Both the position numbers and the translations under genes were made by a program. A stretch of DNA of 64,000 nt from an uncultured Lachnospiraceae bacterium (GTDB lineage: Bacteria; Bacillota; Clostridia; Christensenellales; UBA1242): contig CAZZGZ010000004.1 of NCBI GenBank assembly GCA_964653635.1, forward strand, positions 21,718 to 85,717, in the 5' to 3' direction. Shown in pieces: positions 21,101-28,431 of the stretch; position 1 is the first letter of the stretch; every line of letters begins with the position of its first letter. The notes under the pieces were generated by a model. The model ran no database searches and was not told the DNA's origin. It saw only the letters and a program-made list of their open reading frames with translations.

Positions 21101-24100
21101 AAGTTTCTATAGGTATTACATTCCCATCTGAATTTGATTGTACATAGAACCAAAACTCACTTTCTATTTTTGTCCCTACACTACTTGCAGTGTAAACGCC
21201 AGCTGACATGTTGTAATAAGAAGTAAATGTGAAATAATATCCATATTTTTCCTGTGTGTAAACACTATATGGTGTAAATCTATAACCTGGCTCAATTTTA
21301 AAATATTTGGTTTGAATGCTACTTTCTGCCGTCACATTTGCACTTGCCCCATATGAGCTATCTGAAGAGAGTTCTATCCCATATTTATCCACACTTGATA
21401 GATTAGTTTTAACAGTTAGCACACCAAAACTAAGCAGTGTATCTTCAAATAGCCTTACCTTTGACACAATATTAGAGATAGAACTATTATACTCTATGTT
21501 CATAGAACCTATCAGATCTATATTTAAAAGTTCTGTTTGTCCGAGACTTAGCGAAATGACACCATTATCCATGCCACTAAATATATCAGCTAAATCACCA
21601 GTAATCACATACTCCATAATAGTCAAGTTCATTTCGAAACTTACAACTTTGCTCACTCCATCAACAATCTTACTTGCAGATGCAGTAATTTTAACGTTTT
21701 TTCCCGCTTGTCCTGAGGTATACAAAATTACATTTTCGGTAACTATCAAAAGCCCATTTTCTCTATCGATTTTTACTATATCTTCATCGCTACTTCTTAT
21801 TGTAATTTGACTTTCATCATAACCAAAATAAGAAAGGTTTAGTGTATACTCAAGCCCCCTAGCAAGTATGTACTCACCAGTTAAACTTTCATCTCTTTCG
21901 AGTATTGTCATTCTTACGTAATCTTGAAGTTGTAGATTATAAGATACACTTTGTGACAAATTGCCAGCAAATGTTACAACATCAATATTGAATTTTATCT
22001 CTTTTCCATTAATAACATTGGCAGATGGTATAAGATATCGTATATATAAATTTCCATTGAAATTCTCACCATATGTATCAATCGCATTTTGGTATGATAT
22101 GCAAATTCCACCTTCTACAGAGCTAAACGCATCTTGCATAACAACATATTTTTCATTATCAAATCTGACTAACTCAAATATGGCATTATTTCCACCCACT
22201 TCACTATTTATAAGATCATTGGTGATAGTCACTGAGTCAAACTTACTATCATTTGGCATTAACATAATTTCAAAAAGTCCATAAACATTAGGAATAATTA
22301 TTGATGAAACTTGTGAAGAGCTTACACTATTATCTATATTATTAAAATTCATGTACGTCATAGATATAACATAACTTTCAGATATCACAAAGTCAATGTA
22401 ACTTGATACTCCATCTAATCCTTCACTTCCAAAGAATGAAATCCTAAATTTTAAATTATAAATTAAACTGAGAAGGTTTTGCGTTTTTAACATACTATAA
22501 GCTACACCCTGCTTATTAACCGATATTTTAAAATTAAATTCGTTATTGTTTTCATCAGTTATATTTACATCAAATAAATCCGGATAATTAGCTAAAATAT
22601 CATAGACGTCACTATACAACCCATCCTCGCTAAGAGACGCTTGAGATACATTACTATAACCATCTTGAACAATTATTTCGTTGTAAAGTGTTGCGATTTG
22701 ATAATAAAGCACCTCCTCATCATTCATTGAATCGATTTTTATTTTGATTTCGAAGTCACTATTTATAGATATTTCTTTCTCTGCGGTATCTGACAAATAA
22801 ACTCCTAAAGCACTAGGATAAAATCTGATAGTTGCAGTTGTACTGCCAAGCGATAAAACATACTCTTGTCTATTAACAACTTTAAGTATCCTCACTTCGA
22901 ATTTCACACTGCCTTCTATCACTGTTGAACTAGCTTTTTTGTATAAAAATGATATAGTTGTACCATTAACATTACAAGATATATATTCGGCAATATTATC
23001 ATCTAGTGTTACTTGTACATCAAAATCGCTAAAACTGGTTAAATATATATTTGTATTTTCTATGTTTATAATACCATCTTCTGTTATAGTAAAATCATTT
23101 AACGATACTTCAGCAAAGCTTGAACTTACAAAAATATCTGTTTGTTTTTTACCACTTATACTTATAATACTATTTTCGTCGAGTGCTGTCCCTCCAGCCT
23201 GAATTGGATACACATGTGAAGAGGTATCGTTAAGGTCAAAATAATATGTAACATAAACATAAATAACCTCTGATACGTTTTTATTTAGTTTACTCGTGAT
23301 TTGAACTTGTGCTAATCCTACCCCTTTTAAAATTATATTAAAGCCATTGAATTGTAAGACACTTTCGTTTAAGGACTTCATTATGATATCACTTGAAGTG
23401 ATTTTAAATGGGTACCTTTCATCATTTTGTTTGATAGTATTCGCTTTTTCAAGAAGAGTTGACATACTTACGCTACTGAGTGTTCCATCAAAATCAGCAT
23501 ATGCTTCCCCTTTGAAATATTGTAGTAGAACCACTTCGTCTTCTTCGCTATTTTTAAGGACACTAGCATCATTATCAATAGTTATTAAATTTAATAAATT
23601 CTCTACAGTAAGTTGATTATCACCTGTAAAATATGTAATTTTGCCATCACTGATATCATAAACCGCATATAATCCATAAAAGTAACTAGCAACATTATCA
23701 ACATTTTTATTATCATAAGTTTGAGGAGTTATTTGGACATATGATTTAACTATTACACTTAAACCTATATATGTTATATTATAAGATGCCAAAGAGTTTA
23801 TTGGATTTGTCAAAATTGAGTTATTTATACCTTGATTTGTAATACCCATGTTGTAAGAAACTACCATGCTTCTATATACACCTGTTCGCTCTGCATTATC
23901 AGTCAATTCAATAATTATAGAATTTAACTTTAAATAATAGTTAGCACTATCTGTACTTCCCAGTATGTCAGTTACTACACTTCCTATCAATAAGCCAACT
24001 TGATAACCACGAACAAAAACACGACTTGTTATGTTAGAAATAGACATCCCATTATTAGAATCCCCTTTATAGTTATTGTAATAACCAAATAATCCACCAG

Positions 24101-27100
24101 CTATTTTACCATTTAATTCGCCTGATAATAACAAGAAAGCACTATCATTTGTTATTGGGTTAGCATACACTAATCCAGCTATCATTCCAACGGCATGATC
24201 TACCCCTTCATTATTTATACTCCCATTAGACTCTTCATTATTGATTCCATAAAGATTGATATAACCATCGACAAATTCTGTATTATTTGAATTTATCCCA
24301 TTGACTGTAAGCTCCCCTGCATCGATATAACCCGCAATTCCACCGACATAAGTGTAAAAATCATTGTTAGTAGTCACGTCTAAACTTTCAATCTTGCTTA
24401 TAACAGTGACATAATCTTCTTCTTCAAAGTTTTGGTATATTGAACCTGTTAAATAGCCTGTAACTCCGCCTATGTAAATATAAAAACTTTGAGCTTCAAC
24501 ACCTTCTGTGTCATTATTGATTATAACTGATCCACCAGTCAAATTGATACCAACATTTGTCAACTCCCCCGAAATCTCAGAAGCCAAAAGCCCTAATTTT
24601 ACTATCATATTAGCATTACTAATTGCCAAATTTACAGACATATCGAATTGACCTTCAAAATTAATTGATACCAACTTTCCAGTGATAGCCTTGAATAATC
24701 CCCCATAATATGTCACATTATCATCCGTATACAGTCTGCTTATTACTATTCCAGAAATGGTATGACCATTGCCGTCTAAATATCCTTTAAATGTGGTTTT
24801 TTGCAATAATGAAATGTCACTACTTGCAAGATTTATATCGGCAGAGAGGCTAAAATGAGCACTTGGAGCATTTGTTACCATATCAACAAAATCCGAAGTC
24901 GTAGTAATATTATATGGATTTTCTTCTGTTCCTGCCGAATATTGTATTTTTATTTTAATAAAGTTTAAGGATGCATCCAAACTCGCAAAACTATCATTTT
25001 TTAACCATGCACGAGGGGCAATATATAATACCCCTCCCATCCCTTTTGACACATCAAATGCTAAATCTACTCTAAAAATACCAACTGATAACTTAACTAC
25101 TTCATAACTTACACATTGTTTTGTAGACGAGTAGTATACAGCAACATCATCAATAGTAGCATCCGTTGGATTTAGATAGACAAACACACTATCCTGTGTG
25201 TGAAATTGTGAAAATGTAATACAATCAATACCACCACCAACAGAAATCTGCTTTACATCTATATAAGGATTACTATATACAGTAAAATTGAAACCTCTTG
25301 ACCAATTATTTTGCAAAAGTACACAACTGTAAGACTTTGTTACTGTTGTAGTTGCTGATGAATTTGAAGTAATAATTTTATTCTTTAAATCAATAGTAAA
25401 AGGATTACACTCATACACATTAGAAAATGCTACAGATGACGTTGCACTATTTGTTACTTCAATCACTGTATCACTTTCTTCACTAAACGGATTTCCGCTA
25501 TTCTTGTATTCACCTTTTTCAAAAACACGTAAAACATTGGTATCATACAAATCTTTCAAATTAATTACATAACTGATTTTAAATTCGCTCAAGTCACATT
25601 TATAAACTATGTTATCGTACTCTATTTCAAAAGAAAGTGAGCTTGCAAAATCTTCATTTGACAAATTGCTTTGGATAAACACACATTCATTTATATCATC
25701 ACTTGATGTAAATTCAAGTTTATCAAAATAGGTTTTAAGATCTAAATTTGACAAATCGTTTATTTTTATATAATTGCCATTACTTGATAATTTATACAAA
25801 GATAATTGATATTGTTCGTCTATATCTTTTTCTAGGCAAAATACATAATCCTTCGCAAATTCTTCAATATCAAATACATATCGAAACGCACCACTAGCAT
25901 TTTCATCTTTAACTTCAATCGAAAATTCTTCTGATCTTAGTGACGAACTTGCTATATTTGTCACATCCACCCCATAAAGATTTATGGAATTTAAATTCAC
26001 CCCATTGTTTGTTAAGGCAACCGAGTTTGCCCGCACATAGTATGAAACAATAATATTAAAAGATACTGAAGATTCCGTACGCTTCCCATTTGTGCTGACA
26101 TAACCCTTAAATGTTATTATAAATTCTTCACTACAACTTGAAGAAGCACTAAAAAGCATAGATGATAAATATTGCAGAACAGACACCGTGGCAAGTTCCC
26201 CTTTCGTGTTTTCGACTACGTAACTTGTGTAATTTGCAACAAAGTTTATCCTCGCCGAAAGTTGAGTCGTTCCCTGCCCTGTATATACAAGAGCAATTTC
26301 ATCATAATAAGTCATCTTAACTTGCTTTTGCTCATCTTCTTCACCATACACTAAGGCCTCTAAATTTTCAGTAACTTGATGAATATACCCAATAGAACTA
26401 TTAGAACCATCTACACTCATTATAATCGAGTCAAGCGTAGAAATAACAGTTAAGTAGAAAGTGATACTTTCACCATTATCTGCCGTCATAATCAATGTTG
26501 CACTACCCACATCTTTAATGCTTAAAGTCAACACTGCTTTTCCAGTAATATCACTATTTTCAAAAGTAAGACTTTTTAATCCTAAAATTTTTGAACTTTG
26601 TCCATTTAAACTTGAAATGATAAAACTGCCAGCTTCTCCATTATACAAAAATTCTAAAGTTATTTCTGACAAAGATGAGGAAACATAATAAGGATTTGTC
26701 TCACTTTCCCCATAACCACCAGAGAGTATTAATTGATTTACTCCAGCAATCATGTTATAATTTAACTGCAATGTTGTAGCACTGGCGACTTCTCTATCAT
26801 CAAATTTATAATTTATAATTATACTCAAATATGCACTACTAACATTTTCGCTATTAGCACTCACAATTATCGGTACATTTATATCAAAATCATCAAATTT
26901 TATTTTTGTAGCACTATCAATCCGTATGCCCTTGTACGAAAATGTGACATTAGAATTAACATTACTAAAAGAAATATCTGAAAAAATTTGCCCTTTTAGA
27001 ACTGAAAAATATACTTGTTTTTCTTTATATATTCCAATTGCATTTGTATAAAGAGTTATAGCATCTCCGTTTGCGAGAATTTTATTATTTTCTATTAAAT

Positions 27101-28418
27101 TAACACTTTTTGCTAACATTGAAAACTGGATCTCAAATGTCTGCTCTGGGGAGACATTAATATCTGTATTCCTGCCTATTTGATCATAATATGCGTAAAA
27201 AGTCATATTTATCAAAGTCACTTCTTGCAAATTAGAGGAAATTTCATATAGTACGCCATTAGTAAAAGTACTATCTTGAATTTCTCTTACATTCATTTTA
27301 TTTTCATCTAAGGACAATTCATATCCATATTTTATCAGACTAGATAAACCATCTTGTGAATACACATGGGCATAAATAATATTATAATCACTATTGAGGT
27401 AGAGGATTGGCTCTTGACATTTATCATATTTCTCTTCAATTAAATAGTAAAAATCCACTTTTAACTCTAGAGTTGTTACTAACGAAAAAACATTTTTGGA
27501 ATATAGTAGTTGCCCTTCTTGATTCTCAGTCACCCCATAAAAAGCAAAAGTTCTATCCTCTAAGTCATACTCTATTTTCTTATCGTATTTAAAAAATGTT
27601 TCCCCATCACTTAAATAAATAAAATATTGTGCAGATGAAATCGTTCCCGAAATAAAAACATTTTCATCTAAAACTACTAGCATTATTAGTCTATTTTGCT
27701 TGTAAAACTTTAAAACTTCAGTACTCTCAATTTCATTTCCATCAAGATCAACTAATAAACTTTCATCCTCAGCAAGCACAGAGTTTACATCAAAAACGTC
27801 ATAACTAACTCTGTCAAACGAGTATTTATAAAACAATTCAGCAGTTCCATCAATATTTATCTTATCCTCCTCACATTCAGCATATAAAGGATTATTATCT
27901 TCAACACCAACAGAAAACACTAGATCATAAGACACAGAATCAGTACTAAAATATGTTTCACTAGGATAAAAATCTTTTTCACAAGTCAAATAACCGACCA
28001 CTTCTGAGTTTGCGATAGTACTAGCTTTTTGGTTTACTTTTATACTTATAGTACAAGATTTATAACCATCCAAAGCAAAAATTGTTACATCTGTAGTCCC
28101 ACCACTAAGTGCTGTGATTCTATAAGTGATTTGCCCACCAGTGTTTGTAGAAATAGCCTCTAAAGAAATAATATTATGGTCGTATGAAGGATTTTCATAA
28201 AATTTAGACTCCACCTTCCCATCATATCCATCTATTTTAAAGGTTACATCTCTACTTTGCCCATAATCCATCTCTATATACGAATCTTCAACAAAAACAT
28301 CATCTATATAAGCATTTAGGTTATATTTTGAATAATCCGTTGTACATGCAGAAAAAGTCATGCACGAGGCAAGTAGCATGACAAAAAGTATGGTTAAAAG
28401 CAAAGGTCTTTTTTTCAT
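18102..28418 (-). CDS. giant (3,438 aa) surface lipoprotein with Ig-like segments and three GLUG-type repeat modules
   Basis: A single uninterrupted 10.3-kb ORF. The signal peptide MKKRPLLLTILFVMLLASC has an L-A-S-C lipobox (Cys19). Three modules open with an NPY/ETY...dl...(D/E)GNG(H/Y/M)(T/S)(I/L)(S/I)G lead-in, followed by many G-[GL]-h-h-G strands (YGGLFKAITG, YVGGIAGYI, VAGLVGVN, VGGIVGL, AGGIIGA, VGGLVGK). There is no LPXTG motif or C-terminal anchor. An AAAGGAAG SD lies in the 13-nt gap after the upstream gene. Confidence 0.8.
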   Translation of the reverse strand: MKKRPLLLTILFVMLLASCMTFSACTTDYSKYNLNAYIDDVFVEDSYIEMDYGQSRDVTFKIDGYDGKVESKFYENPSYDHNIISLEAISTNTGGQITYRITALSGGTTDVTIFALDGYKSCTISIKVNQKASTIANSEVVGYLTCEKDFYPSETYFSTDSVSYDLVFSVGVEDNNPLYAECEEDKINIDGTAELFYKYSFDRVSYDVFDVNSVLAEDESLLVDLDGNEIESTEVLKFYKQNRLIMLVVLDENVFISGTISSAQYFIYLSDGETFFKYDKKIEYDLEDRTFAFYGVTENQEGQLLYSKNVFSLVTTLELKVDFYYLIEEKYDKCQEPILYLNSDYNIIYAHVYSQDGLSSLIKYGYELSLDENKMNVREIQDSTFTNGVLYEISSNLQEVTLINMTFYAYYDQIGRNTDINVSPEQTFEIQFSMLAKSVNLIENNKILANGDAITLYTNAIGIYKEKQVYFSVLKGQIFSDISFSNVNSNVTFSYKGIRIDSATKIKFDDFDINVPIIVSANSENVSSAYLSIIINYKFDDREVASATTLQLNYNMIAGVNQLILSGGYGESETNPYYVSSSLSEITLEFLYNGEAGSFIISSLNGQSSKILGLKSLTFENSDITGKAVLTLSIKDVGSATLIMTADNGESITFYLTVISTLDSIIMSVDGSNSSIGYIHQVTENLEALVYGEEDEQKQVKMTYYDEIALVYTGQGTTQLSARINFVANYTSYVVENTKGELATVSVLQYLSSMLFSASSSCSEEFIITFKGYVSTNGKRTESSVSFNIIVSYYVRANSVALTNNGVNLNSINLYGVDVTNIASSSLRSEEFSIEVKDENASGAFRYVFDIEEFAKDYVFCLEKDIDEQYQLSLYKLSSNGNYIKINDLSNLDLKTYFDKLEFTSSDDINECVFIQSNLSNEDFASSLSFEIEYDNIVYKCDLSEFKISYVINLKDLYDTNVLRVFEKGEYKNSGNPFSEESDTVIEVTNSATSSVAFSNVYECNPFTIDLKNKIITSNSSATTTVTKSYSCVLLQNNWSRGFNFTVYSNPYIDVKQISVGGGIDCITFSQFHTQDSVFVYLNPTDATIDDVAVYYSSTKQCVSYEVVKLSVGIFRVDLAFDVSKGMGGVLYIAPRAWLKNDSFASLDASLNFIKIKIQYSAGTEENPYNITTTSDFVDMVTNAPSAHFSLSADINLASSDISLLQKTTFKGYLDGNGHTISGIVISRLYTDDNVTYYGGLFKAITGKLVSINFEGQFDMSVNLAISNANMIVKLGLLASEISGELTNVGINLTGGSVIINNDTEGVEAQSFYIYIGGVTGYLTGSIYQNFEEEDYVTVISKIESLDVTTNNDFYTYVGGIAGYIDAGELTVNGINSNNTEFVDGYINLYGINNEESNGSINNEGVDHAVGMIAGLVYANPITNDSAFLLLSGELNGKIAGGLFGYYNNYKGDSNNGMSISNITSRVFVRGYQVGLLIGSVVTDILGSTDSANYYLKLNSIIIELTDNAERTGVYRSMVVSYNMGITNQGINNSILTNPINSLASYNITYIGLSVIVKSYVQITPQTYDNKNVDNVASYFYGLYAVYDISDGKITYFTGDNQLTVENLLNLITIDNDASVLKNSEEDEVVLLQYFKGEAYADFDGTLSSVSMSTLLEKANTIKQNDERYPFKITSSDIIMKSLNESVLQFNGFNIILKGVGLAQVQITSKLNKNVSEVIYVYVTYYFDLNDTSSHVYPIQAGGTALDENSIISISGKKQTDIFVSSSFAEVSLNDFTITEDGIINIENTNIYLTSFSDFDVQVTLDDNIAEYISCNVNGTTISFLYKKASSTVIEGSVKFEVRILKVVNRQEYVLSLGSTTATIRFYPSALGVYLSDTAEKEISINSDFEIKIKIDSMNDEEVLYYQIATLYNEIIVQDGYSNVSQASLSEDGLYSDVYDILANYPDLFDVNITDENNNEFNFKISVNKQGVAYSMLKTQNLLSLIYNLKFRISFFGSEGLDGVSSYIDFVISESYVISMTYMNFNNIDNSVSSSQVSSIIIPNVYGLFEIMLMPNDSKFDSVTITNDLINSEVGGNNAIFELVRFDNEKYVVMQDAFSSVEGGICISYQNAIDTYGENFNGNLYIRYLIPSANVINGKEIKFNIDVVTFAGNLSQSVSYNLQLQDYVRMTILERDESLTGEYILARGLEYTLNLSYFGYDESQITIRSSDEDIVKIDRENGLLIVTENVILYTSGQAGKNVKITASASKIVDGVSKVVSFEMNLTIMEYVITGDLADIFSGMDNGVISLSLGQTELLNIDLIGSMNIEYNSSISNIVSKVRLFEDTLLSFGVLTVKTNLSSVDKYGIELSSDSSYGASANVTAESSIQTKYFKIEPGYRFTPYSVYTQEKYGYYFTFTSYYNMSAGVYTASSVGTKIESEFWFYVQSNSDGNVIPIETYSDFLKLANGGNYNYILLNDITLPDATAESSYSCITPYFSSLDGNGYSLILSGEYNFDGTNIGIFSELSENQVLTNLTIKIKNNVIINATEETFNFGVLVGENSGIISNCEVAFDNTLVALSVTNETASTSSYVAGLVGVNTTDGTITNSRVKANLYSTVNIAGVVGVNEGTIASSYFQSGKIVKDGASRAVVAGFVVENSNGTIITSYTSGGVGSEIYYDGNDSYIKTSYYCAGFAYYNNKGNIYDCYSNLVLQGSTDMAGFVYTNTGTVERCFSLSSLRNNRDSSYGFTRYYDKSNQDVSLVDLSSAVLKDCFYIIDSENSLNTAISDKDMEGVLGISKYDFMMQGDVPDEYTSSFETYFVNFVYSQSVTSSSVWFYTNSGAADGTYMKGITFAPTRLELVAPNMIAFSQKELISTNEVYDSETGYTDVVRVYTYSSSSEIFGSAYNPILVSNAMELEDKILENNNSLGYNSKNYRIIANIDYDDDEYGVTSTNLYKTTIVGIIEGNGMTISGYSTVVSENIEFAGFIGRIGNSSVKTGTLMNLTLSPTGNLAYNYAQIAGGVVGKLEYGNLYNISINVNTSQDVQISGQNIVGGIVGLATGVYKIKNLSSNISVSAKEQTASEASNTLTSSYSNMSYAGGIIGACIGAGTVQNIMTSGVTIVLGGKVGFAIGGVGSSVTVSNVNVNISNEGYIKAYHYAGLAIGESAGIVSQVNVLGTGYSITDLFRKDTTVASAVGGIVGLMSGGSLSESSNTQSFSLSEYTNSKGITSVGGAIGAIETVTSQITISSVSIDCSITGYRNVGGLVGKISTDKNVTIDGNGNHINVSLNQRGKITGVVSVGGIIGYLEISGANQLKIANYLVACDITIQNYTNSDNINNAIGTIVGYYDTSINSKGTLQVETTTGSEVRISSFAVRATSEDMSNVSTATLVNEIGETLSFSYLSEDLDDEQKEELENLYANYTLSVISFYTRTFENTMGTKVSNCSLTLYILGVIE

Positions 28419-28431
28419 ATTTCTTCCTTTT

